From Bacilli bacterium (GTDB lineage Bacteria; Bacillota_I; Bacilli_A; RF39; UBA660): a stretch of 64,000 nt of DNA. The notes beneath the pieces are model-generated. The model was given only the letters and a program-made list of their open reading frames with translations, was not told the DNA's origin and made no database searches. Made by a program: the position numbers and the translations under genes. The stretch lies in the NCBI GenBank assembly GCA_051872415.1, contig JBJEDW010000042.1, positions 56,850 to 120,849 on the forward strand, in the 5' to 3' direction. Every line of letters begins with the position of its first letter. The stretch's first letter is position 1. Shown here piece after piece: positions 10,275 to 19,617 of this stretch.

Positions 10275-10724
10275 TCAAGATTTTCTGTAAATAATTAATT
10301 GTCCTGGTAATAAGTAAATGCTGTTGTTACTATATATTACATCTGCTGAAGGAGCTTTAAAAAACTCTGATACAGTTTCTATAGTATCTCCTGTTTTAGT
10401 AATATATAATTTTACATCTTGTTTTGGTATTAAAATTGTTTGTCCTTCGTATATGTATTCATCTTTATCTAAGCCATTTACTCCTAAAAGTATATCTAAT
10501 GAAATATTATTATTTTTTGCTATTTCATAAAGATTATCCCCTTTTTTTACTACATAATAATTAAATATGTTATATAACCCTGTAGGAATCGTTAAACTTT
10601 CCCCCTCTCTTAATGTATAAGGAGCTTTTAAATTATTAGCTTTTACTATTTCAATTACAGGAATATTATATTTTCTACCTATACTTTCAACAGTATCTCC
10701 TTTTTCCACAATATATATGTCCAT
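10275..10724 (-). CDS. LysM peptidoglycan-binding protein (3 LysM repeats)
   Basis: Three repeats of the type YIVEKGDTVESIGRKYNIPVIEIVKANNL. Confidence 0.8.
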   Translation of the reverse strand: MDIYIVEKGDTVESIGRKYNIPVIEIVKANNLKAPYTLREGESLTIPTGLYNIFNYYVVKKGDNLYEIAKNNNISLDILLGVNGLDKDEYIYEGQTILIPKQDVKLYITKTGDTIETVSEFFKAPSADVIYSNNSIYLLPGQLIIYRKS

Positions 10725-10753
10725 GTTATTTTGTACCTCCTTTTTTTAATTAT

Positions 10754-10840
10754 ATGAAAAAAAGAGTATATAATTACTCCATATAGGTGACTAATATTTT
10801 TTCGAATTAAATAAAAGTTCACTATAAGTTACTAGTTTTT
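10754..10840. repeat. 87-bp direct repeat, copy 1 (decayed copy of the 3' end and terminator of gene 12890..14119)
   Basis: About 85% identical to 12870-12956. Contains hairpin GGAGTA-N6-TACTC(C/T) followed by a T run on the minus strand. Confidence 0.8.
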
Positions 10841-10844
10841 TTAT

Positions 10845-11437
10845 AAATTTTCTAATACGCCATTTTCCAAGTCATCAATGTTATACATTGTTTCTAGCTC
10901 GTTAAATGTTTCTTCCAAATTCTTTCTAGCACTATTCCAACCAGTACCATCAGTAAACCAGATAAATGTTACTCCATCAACTTTTTTAGATTCTTAGGCT
11001 AACATTTTATAACTTCTTGCAGTTTCATTTAGTTTAGAACCTTGTGTAGCATAAAAATTTGTTTCAATAACATAGACTTGATTTTTAGTTTTGATAACAA
11101 AATCAAATCTTTTAGTGGATACATTATTCCAGACATAGCACTTAAATCTAAATTCCATTTTTCTTCAATATCTTTTAAATACATTTCTTTAAAATAAGTT
11201 TTGCCTTTAACAAACCCTGCCTTAATTATGTAGGATTCAACTAAGTTTTCCATTAAATCTCCACCACGACTTTTTCTTGCATGAGAATCCAATCCTACTT
11301 CAATGCCCAAAACATAGTCATATAAATTATTTATAATATGATTTTGTAATAAATCAAATAATCCACTTTCATTCATAAATTTAATGTAATCTTTCATTGA
11401 ATATACCATTTCATCAAACTTAAATAAATATTCTTTT
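10845..11437 (-). pseudogene. dpnB: DpnII/MboI-type restriction endonuclease (R.DpnII-like) remnant: N-terminal ~120 codons deleted and at least two frameshifts
   Basis: ESGLFDLLQNHIINNLYDYVLGIEVGLDSHARKSRGGDLMENLV matches R.DpnII. Homology continues in other frames (NVSTKRFDFVIKTKNQVYVIETNFYATQGSKLNETARSYK, then VTFIWFTDGTGWNSARKNLEETF...). Confidence 0.75.
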
Positions 11438-11800
11438 CCAAGTTATATTATTTATTATTTTGAATCCTTCTTGTTCTAATGCCATACCTATTGAATAAAT
11501 ATTATGCATTGTTCCACTTATCCAAATGGTACCATTATCTTTTAATGCATGATAACATAGTTTAATCCATTTTCTATTAAATTTATGTTTTTCATCTATA
11601 CTAATAGATTTATCCCAATCACCTTTATTTACTGATACCATTTTTCCACCACTACAAGATATTCCATCACTAGACAAAAAATAAGGAGGGTCTGCGAATA
11701 TCATATCAATACTCTTAGGTTCTAACCTCTTAAGTATTTTAAATGAATCGCCTTGTATAAGTTTAAAATCTTTATCCTCATAATAATACTTCTTACTCAT
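11420..11800 (-). pseudogene. dpnA: DpnA-type (M.DpnII 2) N6-adenine DNA methyltransferase, truncated after ~125 codons
   Basis: IFADPPYF and GDWDK..NGTIWISG..IYSIGMALEQEGFKIINNITW match DpnA, then the reading frame ends. The 3' half is replaced by dpnB-derived sequence, consistent with an internal deletion. Confidence 0.7.
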
Positions 11801-11834
11801 ACATTACCCTCCTATATATACTATATATCATTTA

Positions 11835-12686
11835 TTACTCAAATTCCTTATTATTTTCAAAATTTGTTATAATTACTTCTTCTACTTTACCTCGTCTTTT
11901 TCCATCTGAATTAATATTTCTTTTTGCTTCAATTACATGAATATTAAAATCTTTATATAATTCATTTATTAAAGTTGTGTTGTGATTAGAAAGCATAACA
12001 TAACATCCTTTATCAGATAATTCTTTAAATACTTTAGCAAGTCTTTTTTGCTGTTCTTTTCCAAAACCATCTTCAGTATAACTATTAAATGTTGATGTAT
12101 CTGAATCATAAGGTGGATCAAAATAAATAAAATCTCCTTTTTTGGCAGACTTTACTGCTTCTTCAAAATCAACTGATAATAACTCAATGTCATTATAGTT
12201 TAAATACCCACATATAATACCTAAATTTTGTCCTTCATAGGTATTAACCTTATTTTTTTTACCAAATGGTACATTAAATTCATTTTTACTATTAACTCTA
12301 TATAAACCGTTAAAACATGCTTTGTTTAAATAAATAGTTCTTGCTGCTCTTTTGTAATCTGCAAGTTTACTAAATTTTTTCTTATCTCTATCAAGATTTC
12401 TAATTTCATAATAATATTCTTCTGAATGTTCAGCCTCGTGACGATTTAATTCTCTACACATTAAATCAAATTTTTTACTATCTTTAATACATTCATACAC
12501 ATTCATAAGTTCCTTATTAGAATCATTTATAACTGCCCTTTTAGGTGATAATTCAAAAAGTAATGCGCCACCACCTATAAATGGTTCATAATAAGTGTTA
12601 AATTCATCTGGAACATATTGTTTCAATTTATCTATTATTTGCCTTTTTCCCCCAGCCCATTTTACAAATGGTTTTCCTTTAATCAT
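11835..12686 (-). CDS. dpnM: Dam-family GATC N6-adenine DNA methyltransferase (DpnM-like)
   Basis: MIKGKPFVKWAGGKRQI, FIGGGA and DPPY motifs of the D12-class Dam MTase. Intact 283 aa. Confidence 0.85.
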   Translation of the reverse strand: MIKGKPFVKWAGGKRQIIDKLKQYVPDEFNTYYEPFIGGGALLFELSPKRAVINDSNKELMNVYECIKDSKKFDLMCRELNRHEAEHSEEYYYEIRNLDRDKKKFSKLADYKRAARTIYLNKACFNGLYRVNSKNEFNVPFGKKNKVNTYEGQNLGIICGYLNYNDIELLSVDFEEAVKSAKKGDFIYFDPPYDSDTSTFNSYTEDGFGKEQQKRLAKVFKELSDKGCYVMLSNHNTTLINELYKDFNIHVIEAKRNINSDGKRRGKVEEVIITNFENNKEFE

Positions 12687-12869
12687 TGTCTGATACCTCC
12701 AATACGTTTATTAAAAAGATTTATGGTTATTTATTTTTATTTTAAGTATAAAGATATTTTATACCTGTTGTAAATCTTTAATCTCTTTGATAATTATACC
12801 ATGGCAAAAGATATTTTTCTTCAAATTGACTTAAATTTTGTCATTATTTTTAATATTACTTATTTTTCT

Positions 12870-12956
12870 ATGAAAAAAGGAGTATATAATTACTCCATAT
12901 AGATAGCCAATCTATTTTTTGAATTAAATGAAAGTTCACTATAAGTTATTAGTTTT
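12870..12956. repeat. 87-bp direct repeat, copy 2 (authentic 3' end of 12890..14119 plus its terminator)
   Basis: See copy 1. Hairpin GGAGTAATTATATACTCC + TTTTTT immediately after the stop codon on the minus strand. Confidence 0.8.
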
Positions 12957-14119
12957 CTTAAACCTTCTTTAAAATCATATGAGTAAAGATTATCTTCACT
13001 TATAAAATATAATGTATCTTTTACTAAAGTAAAATCTGATATTTCTTTATTAAATAGAAGAACTTTTGTTTTGTTATTTATATTATAGTAATAAACATCA
13101 TTATTTTTTGTTTGATAGTAATAAGTATCTTCTGCGCTCTGAAGATAATTTATGCTAGTATTTTTTTCTATTTGTGATATATAATCTTTCATAGTTTTAA
13201 ATTTTAATTCTTCATCTCTAAAGTCGTAGACACTTTTTGTTTCAAATTTTAAATTATAGAAAAGTGCCCCATCTTCTTTATTTCCTACTTCTTTTATTTT
13301 CTTACCTTTTTTAGATATTTTGTACTGTTTTAATTCATCTTTATCAAAGATATATACTTCATCTTCTATTACTCCATTTATGTAAGAATCTTTGGAAATT
13401 TTATATTTTAATTTTCTTTGTTTCACTTTATTTTTTGTCATATCAATAACATATAATTCATCATAATCATATTTTTGATCATAATTTGGTATCAAATAGT
13501 ATTTATCAATAGTTGTTCCTAAGTGATTTATGTATGTGTCATTTTCAAATAATTTTATTTGTTCTAGTGAGTCTTTTGTTATAGCAAAGAACCCATTATA
13601 TTTATAAATGTAAATATATGTTTTTTCTTTGATATTGTTTTGATATGCTGTTAATGTTTCAATTTGCCTGCTTTTGTTGCTTTGTTTTTCCCAAGATGGG
13701 CTATCATAACCTTGTTTTTTTAATGTTTCCACAAATGATCCTAAATATTTTTCATAGTTTGTGTAAGAGTATGATTTTTTATTTTTACTACATAAAATAT
13801 TTGTACTTTCTCCTTTTTCTATAGCAGGATAAATACAGTATAAATCATCTTTTTGATATGAATAGATTTTGTTTATTATCTCTTTTCTCTTATGAAATTC
13901 ATCTGGTATTTCGAAGGAATAAATTAAATCTTTGTTTGTTATTTTGAAGTAGTATTTTTTATTCTTATAAATTTCATTTATTTTGAATGTTTGGTTATCA
14001 TCTTTTAAGGTATATGTTACTTCATGATGAGTTTTGAATATGTATGCTATTAGTTCAAAAATTAGTACTAGGACAAATATTCCTATTAATAGTTTGATAA
14101 CTTTTTTCATGTACTTCAC
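12890..14119 (-). CDS. Hypothetical exported/membrane-anchored protein (409 aa)
   Basis: N-terminal TM helix, Tyr/Lys-rich, no known domain. Confidence 0.5.
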   Translation of the reverse strand: MKYMKKVIKLLIGIFVLVLIFELIAYIFKTHHEVTYTLKDDNQTFKINEIYKNKKYYFKITNKDLIYSFEIPDEFHKRKEIINKIYSYQKDDLYCIYPAIEKGESTNILCSKNKKSYSYTNYEKYLGSFVETLKKQGYDSPSWEKQSNKSRQIETLTAYQNNIKEKTYIYIYKYNGFFAITKDSLEQIKLFENDTYINHLGTTIDKYYLIPNYDQKYDYDELYVIDMTKNKVKQRKLKYKISKDSYINGVIEDEVYIFDKDELKQYKISKKGKKIKEVGNKEDGALFYNLKFETKSVYDFRDEELKFKTMKDYISQIEKNTSINYLQSAEDTYYYQTKNNDVYYYNINNKTKVLLFNKEISDFTLVKDTLYFISEDNLYSYDFKEGLRKLITYSELSFNSKNRLAIYME

Positions 14120-14431
14120 CTACTTTACTACACTTAATCTTATTATTTCTTCCATATTATCATCTATTGCTTTGATATTTTTAGTTTCATATCCACATTT
14201 TTGACATTTATAAAGTATTTTGAAATTATCTTTTTTTGTTTTTTCTATACCAATTGGAATAAGATGTCCATGACAAGTTGATTTTCTATCTCCAGGAAAT
14301 ATGTCAAGATGAAGAGAATATAAACAGTTTGGGCAGTGATCTCTAGCAGTGTATCCAAGTGGTTTTACTTTTGTTTTACAGTTATAACAAGTAAACTCTT
14401 CATCTATCATTGTAAACTTTTTATCTTGCAT
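14120..14431 (-). CDS. RNHCP domain zinc-ribbon protein
   Basis: CYNC...RDHCPNC...CQKCG matches the RNHCP signature. Overlaps the upstream desulfurase gene by 11 nt. Confidence 0.7.
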   Translation of the reverse strand: MQDKKFTMIDEEFTCYNCKTKVKPLGYTARDHCPNCLYSLHLDIFPGDRKSTCHGHLIPIGIEKTKKDNFKILYKCQKCGYETKNIKAIDDNMEEIIRLSVVK

Positions 14432-15461
14432 GTTCGCCTCTTTTAATTAATTCAATTACTTTATCTAAATCTTTTTTTGTTGTTAAGGGAGAAAGACTTA
14501 TTCTGACAGAAGTTTCTGCTCTTTCTTTATTATTTGTTAAAGCATAAACTGATTTTGAATAAGATCCAGATGTTGAACAAGCACTTTTTGTTGATATATA
14601 GATGTCTTCAAGTTCTAGATAATGCAAAAATGTTTCTGGTTTATAGAATAACATGCTAATGTTTAAAATATGTGGTATAGAGTTTTTACTTTGGTTAATA
14701 ATAATATTAGGAAGGCTTTTTAAGTTATCTTTTAGGTAATTGTTTAGGTCTTCCACTTTTTTATAGTTTTCTTCTAGTGTTTGAAGTGATATTTCAAGAG
14801 CTTTCGTTAACCCATTTATTAGACCAAGATTATATTTTCTCTTGCCATAAATTAATTTTTTTAAATTTATACTTTTATTTGTTAGAAGCACTCCAATTCC
14901 TTTAGGACCATAGAATTTATGAGCTGTAAAACTTACTAAGTCTATGTTATCTATAGGAATGTTTATTTTTCCTATACTTCCTGTCATATCACAGTGAAAT
15001 GGAATGTTATGTTTTTTTGCTAAAACTCCTATTTTTTCTATAGGTTGTATAGTTCCAGTTTCAGTATTTACTGATGATATCGTAAGGAGTGCAACATCAC
15101 TTGTCAGGAGCTTTTCTAATTCTTCTATAATAACAATTCCATCTTTTAAAGGAGCATAAATTATTTCAAATCCTTTTGTTTTTAGATAATTTAAAGTTTC
15201 ATTTATTGAAGAATGTTCCATTTCCGTTGTTATTATTTTTGTCTTTTTAGAATTTTCACAAATCCCTTTAAGAGCCCAGTTATTTGATTCACTTGAACCA
15301 CTAGTAATGTTTACTTCTAAATTGGTATTTAGTAGTTTTTGAATTTTTTCTTTTACAGAAGTTAATTCTTTTTCAGAAGCCTCCTTAAATAAATTTTGTT
15401 TTACTATTTCTAACACTTCTTTATTTATCATAGTTGTTGCTGAATAATCTAAATATGTCAT
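14421..15461 (-). CDS. Class-V aminotransferase fold, cysteine desulfurase (NifS-like) family
   Basis: SGSSESNNWALKG, HKFYGPKGIGVL (PLP lysine) and a C-terminal Cys loop SACSTSGS. Confidence 0.75.
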   Translation of the reverse strand: MTYLDYSATTMINKEVLEIVKQNLFKEASEKELTSVKEKIQKLLNTNLEVNITSGSSESNNWALKGICENSKKTKIITTEMEHSSINETLNYLKTKGFEIIYAPLKDGIVIIEELEKLLTSDVALLTISSVNTETGTIQPIEKIGVLAKKHNIPFHCDMTGSIGKINIPIDNIDLVSFTAHKFYGPKGIGVLLTNKSINLKKLIYGKRKYNLGLINGLTKALEISLQTLEENYKKVEDLNNYLKDNLKSLPNIIINQSKNSIPHILNISMLFYKPETFLHYLELEDIYISTKSACSTSGSYSKSVYALTNNKERAETSVRISLSPLTTKKDLDKVIELIKRGEHAR

Positions 15462-15581
15462 AATATCACCTTTAGGTAATTATATCATTGTTTTGGATTT
15501 TTTTAAACAAACTATTGACAAATTGGTTATTTTTACCTTATAATTAGATTTGTCAGTTGTTAATTGGCATTTAATTTTTTT

Positions 15582-15655
15582 GCGGATGTAGTTTAATGGT
15601 AGAACCTCAGCCTTCCAAGCTGACTACGGGAGTTCGATTCTCCTCATCCGCTCCA
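15582..15655 (+). tRNA. tRNA-Gly (anticodon TCC)
   Basis: GCGGATGTAGTTTAATGGTAGAAC...CTTCCAAG anticodon loop...GGGAGTTCGATTCTCCTCATCCGCTCCA. Cloverleaf and encoded CCA. Confidence 0.9.
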
Positions 15656-15762
15656 GAAGCAAAAATCGTCGCACCAAAGCGATGTTAATGATTAAATCTA
15701 TCTGAAAAGATTGATTTTTTTTCGTTTAAGCAAAAAAAGTTAATTATTAGTGTACTTTATCA

Positions 15763-16584
15763 TTAAATCGTTACTGTTTCCATATTTACTAAATAATCTT
15801 TAATTTTATCAATTACCTCATCTATATTTTTATCTAACCAATTATATTTTGGATTATTAAGATTTATTTTGTATAGTCTTGAATCAGCAATTTTTTCAAA
15901 TTGATTTATTAAATCTTTTATATTATTAATATTAATTGATTTATCATCATAAATCAAAATTTTAAAACATTTTTCAAGTTTTTCCTTATTAAGTAGTTTA
16001 TTATCTATTAAATAATAAAAATCAAATATATCTTTATATCTAGTTGATCAAATATTAAATTTTAAAAGAGATTTCATTTTTTCGGTAAAAACTTGTTCTG
16101 GAGAATTAATTAATAAATTGGCTCCTAGATTAATTATACTAAAATCAAACATATATTGTTCTTGTTCAAGTTCAAATAAATTATGAACTCCAATATCTAA
16201 CTTTGTATCAATTTCATTTTTGTAGTTATCTTTAATCTTTAAAAATACTCTTTTGCCTTTATAATCCTGATGATGTAATGGAATAATTTCATCTATTATT
16301 TCAAAATTAATATAATTAATAGTCTTATTTAATTCATTAATAAAATTTATAATAGAATTATCATCTAGAGAATATTTTATAAAATCCAAGTCCAAATCAC
16401 GAGTTGCTCTACGCTTATCATTTGATAGATTATGCATAACAACTTCGCCTTTAATAGTAATATTTTTAATATATTTACTATTTGCTATAGCTGTTAGTAT
16501 CAAATCTTGGGACACTTTTGAAGAAGCAAATTCATCTGAATAACCATTTTCTATGTACTTTTGTATCATTTCTTGTAAATTCAT
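15763..16584 (-). pseudogene. abiEii: AbiEii/AbiGii nucleotidyltransferase toxin, split by an in-frame TGA at 16048-16050
   Basis: The N-terminal ORF 16048..16584 carries the RATRDLDLDF NTase motif. Reading through the TGA continues in frame into ORF 15763..15957, giving about 273 aa, the normal AbiEii length. Confidence 0.6.
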
Positions 16585-17126
16585 TAGAACACTTCCTTTT
16601 GTATTTTTAGAAATAAATCAATATCATTTTTATAATAGTTCAAATAATCAGATAATTTATTCATATCAAGTTTATCACTAATACTTCTATAATTATTTAT
16701 AATTTCCTTATAATAATCAAAAGGAATATTTTTGCTATTTTTTACCAGTTCTATCAATAATTTTTCTTTGTCATATATCTTAATTTTAATTCCATCAACC
16801 ATTATTGTAGTAATTCCAATATCAAACTTATCTTCTGGCACATATATTTGTTTTACTTTATTATCCATTATTTTACTTGCTTTTCTATTTGTAGCAAGAA
16901 AATAATTTTGAGGAATAACATCAGTTAAGTTGTGATAATAAAAAGCACTGTCGGAAGTAAAAACGGCATTAGGATATTTTTTGTTAATAACTAGTAAATA
17001 ATTAACAAATTCTTGACTTGAATATATTCCTGATTCAATTCTAAATATTTTTTTATCTTTTAAAGCTTTATCTAATTGATAATTATTTTTATATTTAGAA
17101 ATTACATCTTTATAACTATAAATCAT
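16584..17126 (-). CDS. abiEi: AbiEi-family type IV TA antitoxin / transcriptional regulator
   Basis: IFRIESGIY...AVFTSDSAFYYHNLTD matches the AbiEi wHTH. Stop overlaps the abiEii start. Confidence 0.7.
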   Translation of the reverse strand: MIYSYKDVISKYKNNYQLDKALKDKKIFRIESGIYSSQEFVNYLLVINKKYPNAVFTSDSAFYYHNLTDVIPQNYFLATNRKASKIMDNKVKQIYVPEDKFDIGITTIMVDGIKIKIYDKEKLLIELVKNSKNIPFDYYKEIINNYRSISDKLDMNKLSDYLNYYKNDIDLFLKIQKEVF

Positions 17127-17154
17127 TTTTCATCACCCAATATAATTTTAAAGC

Positions 17155-17189
17155 AAATCTCGGCAAAATATTGACTTTTGCCGAGATTT
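17155..17189. promoter_or_regulatory. Perfect 14-bp inverted repeat AAATCTCGGCAAAA-N7-TTTTGCCGAGATTT upstream of abiEi
   Basis: Read directly from the sequence. AbiEi proteins autoregulate via inverted repeats in their promoter. Confidence 0.5.
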
Positions 17190-17475
17190 ACTAAAACGAA
17201 ATGTTTTTCTATTAATTTATATATTTTCATGGTATACTTATATCAGTTAGTAGTTTATTACTACCTATAATTTAGTTAAATAAAGGTTGTCCGACTTCAA
17301 CCTTTATAGCTCCATTTGATTTTTAATCGAACTTTTTGGTTCGATTTTTTAATGTTTTAATTTTCTATGGTCGAAAGGTAATCGAAAAGCAATCGAATAC
17401 TATTTTTATATACTAAAATTAAGTCTTTTCTTTTTAACAAAAATGTGCTATAATACACTTGCTCGAGGTGATAGT

Positions 17476-18027
17476 ATGTTAAAAAATAAAGATATTTTAG
17501 ATGAAAAAAATAAAAAACTAAGACAAATAAGCAAAGAAGTAATTTTTCCTTTAGATAAAAAAGATAAAGAAACAATAGATTTAATTATAGAATATCTAAC
17601 TAATAGTCAAATAGAATCTCTCGCAGAAAAATATGATTTAAGACCAGGCATGGGTATGGCAGCAATCCAACTTGGAATACCAAAAAGATATTTTGTAGTA
17701 GTACACGAACAAGAAAAAAAAGAAACATTCAAAAATTATGTAATTATAAATCCAAAAGTAGTCTCAACATCTGAAGAAATGATTTACGTAGACGAAGGAG
17801 AAGGATGCTTAAGTGTAAATCGTGAAGTCGAAGGAATAGTACCAAGACATGCCAGAATAACAATCGAAGGATACGACACTGAAGGAAAAAAAATAAAAAT
17901 ACGTGGAAGAGAAGAACTCGCAGTAGCATTTCAACATGAACTTGACCATTTAGATGGAATTTTATTCACAGATAAAATAGACAAAAAAAATCCTTATAAA
18001 TATTCTGATACTTATAGGGCAATATAA
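17476..18027 (+). CDS. def: Peptide deformylase
   Basis: GMGMAAIQLG, EGCLS and HELDHLDG motifs. GAGGTGA RBS. Extended -10 TGCTATAAT at 17445-17453. Confidence 0.9.
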   Translation: MLKNKDILDEKNKKLRQISKEVIFPLDKKDKETIDLIIEYLTNSQIESLAEKYDLRPGMGMAAIQLGIPKRYFVVVHEQEKKETFKNYVIINPKVVSTSEEMIYVDEGEGCLSVNREVEGIVPRHARITIEGYDTEGKKIKIRGREELAVAFQHELDHLDGILFTDKIDKKNPYKYSDTYRAI

Positions 18028-18045
18028 AATAAAGGAGATAAAAAA

Positions 18046-19617
18046 ATGGAAGCAGTAAAAAAAATAGAACTTTTTGAAACAAAAAAAGAAGAATTCAAAA
18101 AATATATAAAAAATCATAAAATACCTACTAAAAATAATGATGGATACTTTGAAAACGGAAACAGCATGTGTAGTTTCTTTTATAAATACAAAAATGAATT
18201 ATTAAAAGATCCTGAAATACAAGAAATAATCAAATCAAAAATAAAAGAAGAAAAAGAAAAATTCACCCTAGAAGAAGAAAAATTAAAAAAACAAGAACAA
18301 AACTTTTTAAAAGAATTAAAAGAACTCCCAACAAACTTTGATAAATTATCTGAAATAGACAGATTAATATTCTACAGAGAGTGTTTCCTAACACCTGAAA
18401 AAGAAACAAATTCATATGTTATAGAAAATATAGTAGTCAATAAAAAACAATTAACAGCATTCAAAGAATTATATTACAATTATTACGCAACCTATTTAGA
18501 AAAAGAAAAAGCAAAAGGAAACGATCCACTTACAGAAAAAATAAACCAACAAGAACTTGAAAAATTAGAATATCTAAACACAATATGTAATCAAACAAAT
18601 TGGAACGAATCAAAATTAGAAGAACTTGCAAAAATTTATAATTGTACTAAAGAAGACATAAAAAATTCTGTAATAAAATACAATTATTTATCTTTCTATC
18701 CAGAAACAACAGGAATAAAAACTGCAAGAAGAAAACCTACAATATTTCAAACTCATCAATTAAAATCAACAACAATTGAAGAAATCGAAGCAGTAAAAGC
18801 TCCAGTTCAACTAAATGAATACCTAGAATATAAAAATAATAATGAGTCTAACTGGAAATATTTAAAAAAGATTAATATGCCAACTGACGAAACTATTAAA
18901 ATGATATACAATATTCAAACAAAAGCTAATCTATTCTGCAGAAATATTGAAAACAAAAAGATTAAAGAAATAGCACAAAAAGAAAATAACCTAAAAGAAA
19001 AAATTGAACTAACCGAAAAAGAAATAAACTCTGTTTTAGAAAATATAGAAAATCAAACTTTTGCTACAATGACAGACTTTTATAAAATTAACAATTTAGA
19101 TCCTAAAGAATTCAGAAAATCAATGAATTTCCTAAAAGAAAACAATAATAAGTTATACCAAAAATTTAAAACTACTATAGAAGCAAAAAAAGAAGAAAAG
19201 ATAGATCCAAATGAAGAAATTTACAATCTTGTAAACTTACTAAAAAAATATAAAGAAGAAGGCAAAGAATTTACCATAATAGATTATCAAAAAACAACAA
19301 GTATACCTATTCAAGAAATGAAAAAATGCCTAAATAAATTCGACATAACAAATGAAGATAAAAAAATAATACAAACATTCGTTTCAATAACCTTAAGCTC
19401 TAGACCTCTAAAAATCAAACAAATCCTATCAATAAAAACAACTCTTCAAGATAAAAATAATAATCCAGTAACACCAAACAGTAACGAAATAAAAGAAATT
19501 ATAAATTTCATGGAAGAAAACAACATACCATTATTAAATAAAACATACAATACAATTTTAAAACTTTATATAAATGATGAACTTAAAATAAACCAAGAAA
19601 AAAATCGTAAACTTTAA
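18046..19617 (+). CDS. Hypothetical Lys/Glu-rich protein (523 aa)
   Basis: Co-directional with def, in the position where fmt normally sits. No recognisable domain. Confidence 0.5.
   Translation: MEAVKKIELFETKKEEFKKYIKNHKIPTKNNDGYFENGNSMCSFFYKYKNELLKDPEIQEIIKSKIKEEKEKFTLEEEKLKKQEQNFLKELKELPTNFDKLSEIDRLIFYRECFLTPEKETNSYVIENIVVNKKQLTAFKELYYNYYATYLEKEKAKGNDPLTEKINQQELEKLEYLNTICNQTNWNESKLEELAKIYNCTKEDIKNSVIKYNYLSFYPETTGIKTARRKPTIFQTHQLKSTTIEEIEAVKAPVQLNEYLEYKNNNESNWKYLKKINMPTDETIKMIYNIQTKANLFCRNIENKKIKEIAQKENNLKEKIELTEKEINSVLENIENQTFATMTDFYKINNLDPKEFRKSMNFLKENNNKLYQKFKTTIEAKKEEKIDPNEEIYNLVNLLKKYKEEGKEFTIIDYQKTTSIPIQEMKKCLNKFDITNEDKKIIQTFVSITLSSRPLKIKQILSIKTTLQDKNNNPVTPNSNEIKEIINFMEENNIPLLNKTYNTILKLYINDELKINQEKNRKL

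Noticed and set aside
16048-16050. TGA read as Trp (genetic code 4) to explain the split abiEii
   Set aside because: All conserved genes in the window translate full-length under code 11 with no in-frame TGA. Genes terminate with TAA or TAG, and isolated TGA appears only here.
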